Shown: positions 30,712-41,600 of the stretch, one piece after another | Position numbering within the stretch: the first letter of the stretch is position 1 | Layout of the letters: every line of letters begins with the position of its first letter | From: Longimicrobiales bacterium | GTDB taxonomy: Bacteria > Gemmatimonadota > Gemmatimonadetes > Longimicrobiales > Gaopeijiaceae | NCBI GenBank assembly: GCA_965203485.1 | Contig: OZ241892.1 | Coordinates: 3,040,001-3,104,000, forward strand | DNA length: 64,000 nucleotides | Direction of reading: 5' to 3' | Translations under genes and position numbers: made by a program | Notes under the pieces: generated by a model | Seen by the model: the letters and a program-made list of their open reading frames with translations, nothing else | Databases searched by the model: none | What the model was told of the DNA's origin: nothing

Positions 30712-31798
30712 ATGGACCCGTCCGCCGACCCGCCGCGCACGCCCCGGCCCACACGCGGCCGACGCCGCCACGACCAGACCTACAAGCGTCTCTTCAACGC
30801 AGAAGCCGCCCTCGCGGCGCTCGTCCGCGACTTCGCCGCCAGCGCCTGGGTCCACGAACTCGACCTCTCGACCCTCGATCCCTTCCCCACCGAGACCGTC
30901 AGTCCCGACCTCCAGCGCCGCCTCTGCGACTGCGCCTGGCGAGTTCGGCTCAACGACGGCCGGTGGGTCGTCTTCCTCTTCGAGTTCCAGTCCTCGACGA
31001 ACCCCGCCATGGTCCTCAAGACGTTGCGCTACAGCGAGGCCGCCCATGCTGCCCTGCACGAGCACGAACGCCAGCGCAACCCCGACGGCAGCATGCCGCT
31101 CGTGCTCTCGTTCGTCGTCTACGCCGGCGCGAGCCCGTGGACCGCCGAAACCACGCTGGCCGGACTGGCTGCGCAGGCGAGCGCACCCTGCGGCTCTGGC
31201 GCGCTCGCTCGCCGGCTTCGCCACCGCGCACGGTCACAAGGTCCTTGACTTGCGCTCGGCGCTGGCGCAAGACTTGTTGCCGGAGGACAGCGTGTTGCAC
31301 TGGGTCGCGGCTCTCGAGCAGGACCCATGGACCAACTTTCCCGCCGTGCACCGCAACATGGCGCGGCAGTGGGGCGGCTCGAAGCACCTTGCCGAGCGCC
31401 AAGCGTTCGCGGACTGGACGGACGAGCGGATGCGGGCGGCCGACGTGCCCGAAGAGATTCGCCACGACGTGCGGCAACAGATCATCCAACCCAGGGAGGA
31501 AGACCAGATGGGCCAGACCTACGCGGAGTGGGCCGAGGGCCACAGGCGCCGCGGCCTGGAGCAAGGGCGCAAACAAGGGCTCCAGCGAGGCATCGAACGG
31601 GGGCGGGCGGAAGGGCGGGCGATGCTGTTGCGCCAAGCCCGCAGGCGGTTCGGAGCGAGCACGGCGCGACGGCTGGAAGAGCATGTGCGCTCCATGGGCG
31701 CCGAGCAACTGGCTCGAATCGGAGACGCGGTCGTGGAGTGCGACACCGCCGACGAACTCCTGGCAGTCGCAGGCGACGGCGCCAAAAGGAATACGTAG
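30712..31798 (+). pseudogene. Rpn/YhgA-like PD-(D/E)XK nuclease, frameshifted near 31170-31200
   Basis: HDQTYKRLF, RRLCDCAWRV, LFEFQS, VVYAG..PW in one frame; the C-terminal EG-repeat/DUF4351-like domain is in another. Confidence 0.82.
31508..31798 (+). CDS. Putative internal small ORF (RpnS-like antitoxin, 96 aa)
   Basis: AGGGAGGA SD just upstream of an in-frame ATG at the start of the C-terminal domain. Confidence 0.6.
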   Translation: MGQTYAEWAEGHRRRGLEQGRKQGLQRGIERGRAEGRAMLLRQARRRFGASTARRLEEHVRSMGAEQLARIGDAVVECDTADELLAVAGDGAKRNT

Positions 31799-31848
31799 AG
31801 CCCTACGACGAGAGCGCCGACGACGACTTCGGACCGCTTGCCGCCCGC

Positions 31849-33063
31849 CTAGCAGCTGGACGGCGCGAGCCGCGACCCGTCCGGCAACCGCAACGTCATC
31901 CGCACCACGTACTCGATGTCCATCTCGTCCTTCACGACGCCGTAGACGGTTCCGCCTTCGCCGAAGGCCACCGGGCTCCAGTCCAGCGGCGCGCCGGGGG
32001 CGACGTTGCCGAGATAGCGCCCGCACGCGTCGAGCACGTCCCATGCGAAGGCACGGCCACGCAACGGGTTGCGCACCCACACGAGTCCATCGCCGGCCAC
32101 TTCCACGCGGTCCATCGCAGACCGAAACGGAGGCAGTTCGTCCGCAGGGAAGCCCGAGGCGTCGGCCAAGCTGTCGCGCTCCGCGCCCGCGAGCGGCGCG
32201 GGCGGGCGCCGAAGCTCGACCGTGCGGAGCGTGTCTCCGGCCAAGGTCACTTCGTGCAGCCGATGCTCGGACGTGACCGCCAGCCACAGCGTCCCGGCAG
32301 GGGCCACCGCCCACAGCGTCCGCGGCTGCATCGGCAAACTCTCGACCTCCGTAATGTCGACCCCGCCGGTCGTTCGCCTCTGAACGACGCGCATCGTCTC
32401 CACCCATTGCTCCAGTGCAAGACTGTCGACGGCCGTCACCTCTTCCCCCGCTCCGATTCCGTACTTCGACACGACCCCGTCGACCGTCGTGGCGCTTAAA
32501 GGCGACGCTAGGTCCCGTTCGTTCTTGCGCAGATAAGCGAAGCCGTTCGCGTCCACGCGCACTTCCCGATCAAGCCCCCCCAACGCGGACAATCCTCTGA
32601 AGGCGGCAACCACGGGAACGCCCATCCCGTCCAGCACATGCAGGTACGGCGCCTCCAGGACCCAAAGCCTGTCGGGCTCCTGCCATGCGACGTCGATTCC
32701 AAGGAGGTGCCTGAACTCGCCGGGACCCTCGCCGCGGCGGCCCATGCGCCGCACAAAGGTTCCGCTCTCGTCGAACACGACGATTTCGCGAGCCAGCTTG
32801 TCGGCCACGTACAGGACGCCATCGCGGCTCGCGGCCAGCGAGACGACGTCCCCGAAAGCGTCCGGTCCGGCCCCATCCGGGCCGCTTCCCAACCGCAAGT
32901 CCTCCACGAGGCGCAATCCGCCGGCCACGTCGTGCGGGCCCCGGTCGGCGTTCGAAACGAACACGCGGCCGTTCGGCAGAGTGTCGACTTGATGATCCGA
33001 CGACGCCCGGTCCTCCCTGGTTTCGCAGGCCGGCGAGAACGCACCGGCCAAGGCGGCAACTAG
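31849..33063 (-). pseudogene. 6-bladed beta-propeller lipoprotein, 5' end separated by an IS
   Basis: DTLPNG, GRRGEGPGEF, DEMDIEYVVR; the signal peptide LVAALAGAFSPAC lacks its first 5 codons, which lie at 34597-34611. Confidence 0.85.
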
Positions 33064-34592
33064 CAGCCCGTGGACAAACGGGCTTGGCGCGTCCGCGACG
33101 AAACTTGGTGGGACACGGCGGTTTACCGGGCTCTCGAAGGCGCGAACGCGCGGAAGTCGCGCAATAGGGCTTGGAGCGGCCCCGAGAGGCGTCGAAGCGG
33201 CTCGAGAGCGGCGATTTGGCGGCAAAATCGGCACAAAACGGAGCCTGCGGCGCCCGTCGCGCAGGAATCGAGCACAGCTTGCGCTGCGGCGGGGCGGCCC
33301 TGCAGGCCTCGTGGCGTGCCGACTCCGAAGCGTCTTCGCATGAGCAGCCCGAGGTTGAAGGCGGCGACGTGAATCAGCATCCGCTTGCGGATGTCCTCGT
33401 GGCCACGCACGTGCACGCGGCGAAGTCCGCCCGTCCCCAGCAGGTGCGCGAACGAGCGCTCGAGCTTCTCGCCCCGCATCCTCAGCAGCGCCTTTCCGCG
33501 CTCGCCCCGAATCCGCCGCCGGTTCGCGTAGACCGGCTTCTGGGCTTCCTTGTTCTGCTTCCAGCTCCGCCGACCGCGCGCGGGCTCGCTCACGTAGCCG
33601 CGCAGCCCCCGGTCCTCCAACTCCGTCATCGTCTTGTTCGAGTGATAGCCCTTGTCGCACACCACTTCCGCCGCCCCAGCCCCCAGCTCCGCCAGCCGCC
33701 GCTCCGCCTCGTCCAGCGTCTCCGTCAGCGACGCCGCGTCGCCCCCGTCCGTCGTCTGCACCGTCATGCCCACCACCGCGCCCGACTCCAGGTCCACCGC
33801 CTGCTCCAGCTTGTGCCCCAGCCGCGTGCGCCCGTCCTTCATCTTCGTGATCCGCGCCTCCGGGTCCCCCGGATGCACCCACTCCGCGTTCGACCCCTTC
33901 TTCGGACGCTTTCGGTCCAGCTTCGCCAACTCCTCGCGCGTCGGCGTCTCGATCCCCGACGACCGCGCCAGCTCCCGCAGCCACGCCTCGTAGCCCGCGC
34001 CCCCGTCCCGCCGCACGATCGAGCGCATCGCCGCGTTCGCCTCCAGCGTCGTCGAGTCCACGCCCAGCGTCCCGCCTCCCAACAGCCCCGAGTCGTCCAG
34101 CAGCCTCAGCACGCGCGCGAACACTGCGACGTGCGCCTCCACGCTCAGCCGCTTGCGCGTCTTCGACAGGCTCGAATGGTCCGGCGGGTTCCTCGTCAGA
34201 TCGTACCCCAGGAACGCGCGCAACGAAAACGAGTCCCTGCACCGCCAGGCGATGCCCCGCTCCGACGAGATGCCCTCCAGGTACCCCACCATCAGCGCCC
34301 GAAAGTACACCCCCGGAGGAATCCCCGGACGGCCCACGTTGCCCGCGTAGAACTCGGCGCACACCTCCTCCGCGAACTCGTCGAAGCCGTCCTCCCGCAA
34401 CAGCTTGTCCAGCGCGCGGTAGAACGGATGCTCGGACGCGCTGATCTTGCTCGTCGCCACGAACAACGCCTGCTGCCGCTCGCTCCGACGCTTGCCCAAC
34501 GCCATCGCCGTCCTCCTTCAAGGGAATCGTTCCGTCCCTCCAATCTACTCCCCACCAAATCGCCGGCGCGCCGGGACTTTGTCCACGGACTG
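33064..34592 (-). mobile_element. IS1182-family insertion sequence, 1529 bp
   Basis: 15-bp terminal inverted repeats CAG(C/T)CCGTGGACAAA (14/15 match); CTAG target duplication at 33060-33063 and 34593-34596. Confidence 0.93.
33123..34505 (-). CDS. IS1182-family DDE transposase
   Basis: GRPGIPP, GISSER, PDHSSLS, VDSTTLEANA, DPEARI, CDKGY, ERSFA. Confidence 0.93.
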   Translation of the reverse strand: MALGKRRSERQQALFVATSKISASEHPFYRALDKLLREDGFDEFAEEVCAEFYAGNVGRPGIPPGVYFRALMVGYLEGISSERGIAWRCRDSFSLRAFLGYDLTRNPPDHSSLSKTRKRLSVEAHVAVFARVLRLLDDSGLLGGGTLGVDSTTLEANAAMRSIVRRDGGAGYEAWLRELARSSGIETPTREELAKLDRKRPKKGSNAEWVHPGDPEARITKMKDGRTRLGHKLEQAVDLESGAVVGMTVQTTDGGDAASLTETLDEAERRLAELGAGAAEVVCDKGYHSNKTMTELEDRGLRGYVSEPARGRRSWKQNKEAQKPVYANRRRIRGERGKALLRMRGEKLERSFAHLLGTGGLRRVHVRGHEDIRKRMLIHVAAFNLGLLMRRRFGVGTPRGLQGRPAAAQAVLDSCATGAAGSVLCRFCRQIAALEPLRRLSGPLQALLRDFRAFAPSRAR

Positions 34593-35432
34593 CTAGGAGC
34601 CCTGCTCGCAACGGTCCTCCGGGTCTTCGTCCCTGCCATACGGCTCGCCCCTGGTCAACGTCAGCTCCACCAGCTTGCCGTCGCGCCGCACCGTGACCAA
34701 CTGCGTCACGCCGGGCGCCCTCCTGTCGGCAAAGCCGAAGATGGGCCTGATCCGGGCGTCCTTGCCGTCGACTTCCATCAACTCGTCGTCGATCTCGAAC
34801 CCGGCGGCCTCGGCAGGCGAACACTTGAGGACCTCCGTCACGGCCGGATAGGACTTGAGCGGCATGGGAACGGAATCACCGGGCATCAGAGGGTGGGCGA
34901 TGGTGCGAAGGTCGCTCGCCATCGAGCCGTTCAGCCCTAACAACGAATAGCCCAGCCCCAGCCACCCGTCCCGGCCGTGCTCGCAACGGTCCTCCGGCTC
35001 TTCGTCCCTGCCAACCGGCTCGCCCCTCGTCGCCGTCAGCTCCACCAGCTTGCCCGCGCGTCGCACTGTGACCACGTGCGTTGCGCCCGGCCCAATCTCG
35101 TTGCCCCAGATGGGCCAGATTCGGGCGTCCTTGCCGTCGACGTCCACCAACACGTCGTGCATCTCGAACCCGGCGGCCTCGGCAGGCGAACACGTCGCGA
35201 CCCGCGTCACTACCGGCCAGGATTCGAGTCGCGTGGCGGAATCACCGGCCAGCAGAGCGTTGGCAAGAGCCACCAAGTCGTTCGACCAGTTCAGCCCCAG
35301 CCATCCGTTTCCGGTGTACGCTCGTTGCGTCTGCACCATTTGCTGAGCGGGCGCGTCCCCAGGCACGGAGCACGCCAGGGTGGCGATCAAGACGCCCAGC
35401 ACCGCGCTACGGCGGCTCAGGCAAGTCATCAT
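34593..35432 (-). CDS. Secreted protein with two tandem PDZ-like domains
   Basis: Signal peptide; two repeats GWLGL...V..V..CSPAEAAGFE..D.L..VDGKD...VTVRR.GKLVELT. Confidence 0.85.
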   Translation of the reverse strand: MMTCLSRRSAVLGVLIATLACSVPGDAPAQQMVQTQRAYTGNGWLGLNWSNDLVALANALLAGDSATRLESWPVVTRVATCSPAEAAGFEMHDVLVDVDGKDARIWPIWGNEIGPGATHVVTVRRAGKLVELTATRGEPVGRDEEPEDRCEHGRDGWLGLGYSLLGLNGSMASDLRTIAHPLMPGDSVPMPLKSYPAVTEVLKCSPAEAAGFEIDDELMEVDGKDARIRPIFGFADRRAPGVTQLVTVRRDGKLVELTLTRGEPYGRDEDPEDRCEQGS

Positions 35433-35821
35433 TGCGAGGGGGTCTCAGGCAGTGGGCCGCAACCGCCCTCAACGATGTTGATGCCGTCCTTGTCGCACTT
35501 GATGCGCATCCAGCCTTCGCCGCCTTGGTCCCAACAAAGTGCGAGAATCAACAATGCGGCCGCTTCCAACGTCTCATCGGAGCACTCGCGAACATCGGTC
35601 CCCGTGTTGGGCCGCGCAACATCGGCTCCGAGCGCGAGAGACCCGCCAGCTACGGTCAGATTGCATCCAGAAGCTGTCAGATCCTCCGATGCAACGACAT
35701 CGGCAAGGTCAGAAGCCGCCAAGGCCTCAAGACCGACCACTGGTTGGGGACGCGGGGACTAAGCAACGGTCGCAATGGCCAAGGCGATGGCGGCGACGGT
35801 CCCAGTCAAGGTGTTTCGCAT
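35429..35821 (-). pseudogene. Small secreted Cys-containing protein (about 130 aa) with an in-frame TAG at codon 21
   Basis: AGGAG SD, MRNTLTGTVAAIALAIATVA*SPRPQ... continuous with ORF 35429-35740; ATGA overlap with the PDZ gene. Confidence 0.7.
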
Positions 35822-36100
35822 GCGAGTCTCCTAATGGAAGAAGTGGTGAAGACGCGGCAAATGCCGGTCGGCATCGCCGTCCACGCTCCCTATCTTAACG
35901 TCTCGCGGTGTGGGCGCAACCCCTCCGGCCAAGCCGGGACCACGGGCACGTCTTTGATCGTTGCCGCATGGCGCCTGACGAAGACGTCGCCGCAATGCCG
36001 GTACCGGAGCGCCTTCACAACCGCCCATCGCCGAGAGCGGCGCAATCCGCTACGTTGCCCGAGCCAACCCTCAAGTCCCCATCACGGAGAACGTGATCCG

Positions 36101-37306
36101 ATGTCCGACTCGATCCGCCGTCACGACGCCGACCCCGCCGACGCGCGCAATCCCGACCGCCGCGACTTTCTCAAGACCGCGACCGTCGCCACGGGGGCGT
36201 TGTGGGCGGGCGGCGCCTGCGCAGGCTACGGCGACCAGGAAGCCGTCCAGGAGCCCCCTGCCCCGATGTCGATCCTCGTTCTGGGCGGGACCGGCTTCAT
36301 TGGCCCGCACATGGTGGAGTACGCCGTCGGGCGCGGCCACGAGGTCACGCTCTTCAATCGCGGCCGCACCAACACGCACCTTTTTCCCGACTTGGAGAAG
36401 CTGGTCGGCGACCGCGACGGCGACTTGGCCGCGCTGGAGGGCCGCAACTGGGACGCGGTGCTCGACAACACCGGATACGTGCCGCGCATGGTGCGCGACT
36501 CCGCCGAGCTGCTGGCGGACTCCGGGCGCTACGTCTTCGTGTCGTCGATCTCGGCGTACAAGGACCTGGGGCCGCACGGGATCACCGAGGACTACGAGGT
36601 CGGGCGGCTCGACGATCCCACCGTGGAAGAATGGAGAGGCCCCGCCTACGGGCCGCTCAAGGCGCTGTGCGAAGAGGTGGCGCAGGAGGTCTTCGGCGAC
36701 CGCGCGACAGTCGTGCGGCCGGGATACATCGTGGGCCCCGGCGACGGCACGGACCGCTGGACGTACTGGCCCGTTCGCGTGGCCGCGGGCGGGGCAATGG
36801 CGGTGCCGGGCGCCCCTTCCGATCCCATCCAGTTCATTGACGCGCGCGATCTGAGCGAGTGGGTGGTGCGCATGGCCGAGCAGGGAATCGGCGGCGTCTA
36901 CAACGGCGTCGGACCGGCGGAAGCCACCGACATGGCCGGCATGCTGGAAGCCTGCCGGGACGCGAGCGGCAGCGACGCCGAGTTCCGCTGGATCGACTCC
37001 GCCTTCGTGGAGGAGCAGGGCGCGCGCTTCCCCATTTGGGGGCCGCCGGATCATCCGACTTGGGGCGGTGCGCACTTGGTCGCCAACACGCGCGCGATCG
37101 AGGCAGGCTACGCGAGCCGACCCGCAGTCGAGACGGTCCGCGACACGCTGGAGTGGTGGAACGGCCTGTCCGAGGACGATCGCCCGGACGGGATGAGAAG
37201 CGGCCTCCGCAAGCCGCCCGAGCTCGGCGGCGGCTCCGCCACGTTGGAGGCGATGCGCGAGGTGGAGGCCCAGTTGCTGGCGGCGTGGGAGGAAGCCGAG
37301 GGCTGA
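36101..37306 (+). CDS. Tat-exported NAD-dependent epimerase/dehydratase (SDR)
   Basis: DRRDFLK; ILVLGGTGFIG; SSISAY; YGPLK; RPGYIVGP. Confidence 0.92.
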   Translation: MSDSIRRHDADPADARNPDRRDFLKTATVATGALWAGGACAGYGDQEAVQEPPAPMSILVLGGTGFIGPHMVEYAVGRGHEVTLFNRGRTNTHLFPDLEKLVGDRDGDLAALEGRNWDAVLDNTGYVPRMVRDSAELLADSGRYVFVSSISAYKDLGPHGITEDYEVGRLDDPTVEEWRGPAYGPLKALCEEVAQEVFGDRATVVRPGYIVGPGDGTDRWTYWPVRVAAGGAMAVPGAPSDPIQFIDARDLSEWVVRMAEQGIGGVYNGVGPAEATDMAGMLEACRDASGSDAEFRWIDSAFVEEQGARFPIWGPPDHPTWGGAHLVANTRAIEAGYASRPAVETVRDTLEWWNGLSEDDRPDGMRSGLRKPPELGGGSATLEAMREVEAQLLAAWEEAEG

Positions 37307-37596
37307 CGTCCGGCGGCGGGACTCGCTTCCGGGTGCGGCGGGAGCTGACGTTGCGAGGGCGTGCGAGAATGCCGGGGGGCTGACGTCCGCCCTAGTGGTC
37401 CGTGACTGGTCCGCCATGCACTTGGCCGGTTGGTCGCGCGGATCGCCGAAAAAAAATCGGCATCGGTCCCATTCGACCATGTTCGCGTCCCGCCGACACG
37501 CACATCTTCTTCTCGTGGAGCGCGTCGCTCCTTGAGCAACGCAGGGCGCGGACGCCAGCCCGCGGGTCCGGGCGCGAACCCGGAGAAGAAGAGGCC

Positions 37597-38621
37597 GTGG
37601 CCGTGGCCAACAAGCACAGGAAGAAGCCCCGTCGCAAGCACGACGAGGTTCTCAAGGGATTCTTCTCGGCCAAGGCCGCCGCCCGCTCTCTTGTGCAGGA
37701 GTCCTGGCCGGCGGATGGGCCGGCGAACTCGACCTCGCGTCCATGGAGGACGTCCCCACCGAGCACATTGGCCTGGGCGGCCAAGCGCGCCGCTCCGATG
37801 CCGCTTGGCGCGTCCGGCTGCGCGACAGCGCCCGTTCCGTCGTCTTCCACGTCGAGTTCCAGTCGGCCGTCGACTCCAACATGCTGTTGCGCAGCTTCGA
37901 GTACGTCGGCCACCTCTACAAGTTCTTGAGCAAGGAGGGAGCGCGCACCGGAGGCGGCGTGCCCGTCGTGCTGTCGGGCGTGCTCTACATCGGCGGCAAG
38001 CCGTGGGACGCGCCCACCGCGACGGACCAGCTGGCGCCGCCTGGGTCGCCCACGCTGGCCCGGCTCCAGACGCGCCACCGCTACGCCGTCCTTGACATGC
38101 GCTCGGCTTCCAAGCGAGACTTGCCCAGCGACGGCTCCGTCCTGCGATGGCTGGCCGAGCTGCTCCGCGACTGGCGCGCCCTGCCCCGGCTGGTCGACGC
38201 CTTGGCCGAAGACTACAGCGGCCCCGAGCATGCCGATGTGCGGGAGGGGTTCGCCATGGTCGCAGAAGAGGCGCTGCTCGCCGGCGGCGCCAGCCTTGAC
38301 GCCGTTCGCAACGTCGTAGAACAAATCAAGAAGCCCAACGGAGGAACACGCATGTCCTGGCAAATTGCTGAAGAATTCGAAAGGACCCGCCGCGAGGGGC
38401 ACCAAGAAGGGCGCGCAGAGGGACGCCATGAAGGACAAGCCGACTTTGCGGTGCGCTATGCCGCGCGAAAGTTTGGCGCAGAGGTAGCGGACGAGTTGCG
38501 CCGCGCGCTGGCGATGGCCGGGCCCGAAGCTACAGAGCACATGGCGGACGCCATCATCGATTGCGAGACCGCGGACGAGTTGCTGGCCCGCGCAATGCAC
38601 CGGGATCGTTCGACAGACTGA
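37597..38621 (+). pseudogene. Rpn/YhgA-like nuclease, frameshifted near 37700
   Basis: KHDEVLKGFF in one frame, then ELDLASME..., RRSDAAWRV, HVEFQS, VLYIG..PW in another. Confidence 0.82.
38352..38621 (+). CDS. Putative internal small ORF (RpnS-like antitoxin, 89 aa)
   Basis: GGAGG SD upstream of the in-frame ATG (MSWQIAEEF...). Confidence 0.6.
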   Translation: MSWQIAEEFERTRREGHQEGRAEGRHEGQADFAVRYAARKFGAEVADELRRALAMAGPEATEHMADAIIDCETADELLARAMHRDRSTD

Positions 38622-38676
38622 CGCCGACCAAAAGCTCAAAGCCGCTCCGGTTGATCGATGCCTTTTCAGTGCCTTT

Positions 38677-41600
38677 TCAGTCCACGAGCAGCCCCTTCGC
38701 CACCTGCGCCAGCACGTCGTTGACCTGAGTCTTTTCGGCGGCGTCCAGCTCGCCGTCCGCCGCGACCTGCACGCGGAAGCGCAACCGCGCGGTCGGGCTG
38801 GCCTTCAGCAATTCGGGGACGCGCTCGCCGAGTTCCTGCACTTGATCGGTGTCCAGCGCCACTGCGGCAGGGGCGCTCGGCTCAAAGGGCAACTGGGGGA
38901 CGCCGCTCGGAACGTCGTCGCCGGGCGCCGCCATGGACGGACGCTCGAGCAGCACGGCGCCGGCCTCGGTCCAGGAACAATCCACCGGGCCACTGTTCGG
39001 CAACAAGGAGAGCCAGCGGTTCTGCACGGATTCCTTGATGCCCCGGACCAACAGTTGCCATGGCAAGTTGCACTTCCTCTTGAGGCCCAGCGCCCGCGTA
39101 AGCGCGGCGCCGTTGGTCCGGCCGTCGCGCCAAGCGCCGGGGACGCTGTCCTCGGTGAGATCGTGCGGAGAGACCGGCGGGGGCGGCGGCAACAATCTCG
39201 CGCCGTCGTCCAGCATGCCTTCGGCAACCGCCTCCCGCCACGCGGAGGCCGGGCCGCTGACCAGCCAGATCAGTCCTAGCTGGACCGCCCCGCTCGCCGC
39301 TTCGCGCAACAAGGCCCCGGCGACCTTCGGAATGATCGCCGGCTCCTCGCCAGCGTCCGCTTCGAACGCCGCCTCGCAGCCACCGGCGAAGTACTCGGCC
39401 AAGCGAGCCATCGTGAGGCAGGCGCCGTCGGCAACCGGCAGGAAGGCCGCCGCGCCGCCCGACTCGGCCGACTCCGCGCCGGGCCAAAGCCCCGGCAACT
39501 TTCCGGGGGCCAGCAGTTCCGGCGGCAGGCGGTGCAGCTCCGCGTGTTGCGGGAGGACTACTTCCAGCGACGACTCGGTTCGCGAGCCGGACTCCACCGA
39601 CTCGCGCCACCATGTTCGGACGTTGCCGTCGGGGAGCTTCAGGCGGGCGACGAAGAGGCCGTCCTGGACGCCTTGCATCACGGTGTCGAAGAGCAACTCG
39701 GCGTTCAGCGCCTTGGGCAAGCGGGGATTGCGGGCGAAGGCGCCGGCCAAGTCGGTGACGAAACGCGCGTCCTCGTCGTCGCGCCACAAGTCGTAGGGGC
39801 CGCCCGGCGCCAGAGCCCGGGCGTCGACGGCGGTTTCCTGAATGCGGGACCGCGCGTCGTTCTTGATCTCGACGAAGAGCGGACGGACGGGCGCCGCAAG
39901 CTTGAACGCGTGGACCTCGCCGTCCCTGCCGTAGGTCGTGACGATGCACCAAGCCGCCCGGAGCGTTTCCGAGACGCGTGTCTGCGCAGCGTCAATCTGT
40001 CTGCGAAGGCGCTGGTCGCGAACCGCGTCCACCTTGTGGCCGGCCAACTGATCCATGACTTCCTCCCACCCCAACAGCGCGCGAACTTCGCCTTGCACCG
40101 CCCTCAAGCCGTCGCGGGACGGCCCGGCGACCACAAGCGCGTTGCGGTGCACTCGGGGCCGGTCCTTGCCCTTCGTCTCCAGGAAGCTCCGCGCCACCTT
40201 GCCCGGCTTGCCCGATTCGGAGACGGCGGCGGCGCCCAGCACCACGTAGCGAAACGTCAAGTCGTCGGCCACGTCATCGGGCGAAGCGGGCATCCTGTGG
40301 ACCTTCACTCCGGCCGCCGAGGCGCCTTCGATCAACCACTTCGCCTTTCGGACCTTCCCGTCCACGTAGCGGTCCACGGCCTCCGCCGTCACCCGGTTCT
40401 TGCACGCGTCGTCGTGCATCTGGCGCAGGTTCGGACGGTTGCCCAGCCGCCAGTCCTTGGGCAGCTCGCCGCGGGCGCCGTCCACATCCTCGTCGTCCAG
40501 AAACCAAGACACTTCGCGCCAGCGCTCGAGTCCCTTGTCCACTTCGATCACGTCGGGCGCGCCGGCGCCGATCATGCGCCGCAAGGGTTGCGTTTGAATC
40601 TTGTGCCCCACCGGCTGCGAGTGCAGAAACACGGCGACCACCGCTTGTTCGACCTCGCGGCCGGGGGCCAACGCAGGAATCTCGTTTTGCATGTCGCGCG
40701 CCTTCTCCAGCTCCTTGAGCAGCAGCGGCGCCCAATCCACTTTCCGGCCTTCGCCCGGCTCCGTCGTGGCAACGCCGGCCAGATCGCGCATCGCTTCGGA
40801 CAGACCCGGCTCGCCGGCATCCGCCAGCAACGCGGCAGGCCCCACCAAGGGACACGCGTCTCCCCACTTCTCCGCCTCGCGAAGCGCGGTGGCCAGCGTC
40901 CGCAGGATCCCCCTGGTGCGCTGAAAGCCGTCCAGCTGCGTCCAGCACGTGTAGAAGACGTCCGTGAGCTTGGGATGGAAGGGGAAGTGGCGGAGAAAGT
41001 GATCCTCGTCCGCCGCGCGGGACCGGTCCGTGGTCTCCTGCACCTTGGCCAAGTTGCGAACCACGCCGATGACGTGAGACCGGTACGCGTCGGGATCCCG
41101 AATGGCCTCGGCCTCGAAGAAGCGGCGGCGCAACACCTCGGCCACATCCTTCTTCTGGACCGGTTCCACGCCTTCTTCCTTTTGCCTTCGCACGACATCG
41201 AAGAGGTCGGCCATGATGGCCTTGCCCAAGTCGTCGCTCTGCTTGATGGGGTCCGTCGCCAGCAGCGACACGACCATCGCCGCCCGGTCCACCTTCACCA
41301 CCGCCTGGGTCAGATGCTGAAAGAAGTCGCGGATGCGGTCGCCCCACGCCCGGTCGAGGCCCGCCTTGGCCCGTGCGTACATGAGGACTTCGTCCGCCAG
41401 GATCAGCGTGGACAGTCCTCGCTCCTGGGGCTTGGCGACGAGCTTGGCCAGCAACGGCTCGGCGGGCGGCGTCAGACGCTCCTGGGCTTCGCCGTCGGCA
41501 TGAATGGCGCGCAGTCCGTCGTCGCCGTCCAGCTGGTACGCCAGCACGCTCCACGGATGCAGCAAGTCGCGGGTCGCGCCGTCCGGTCCGGCCACGCTCT

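Noticed and set aside
31849..34824. 991-aa ORF reading through the IS into the lipoprotein
   Set aside because: The upstream two-thirds is Arg/Gly/Ala-rich off-frame translation of the transposase; explained by the IS insertion and high GC
37302..37386. Three GCTGACGT octamers upstream of the second rpn
   Set aside because: Short, irregularly spaced (42 and 35 bp), and plausible by chance or local duplication
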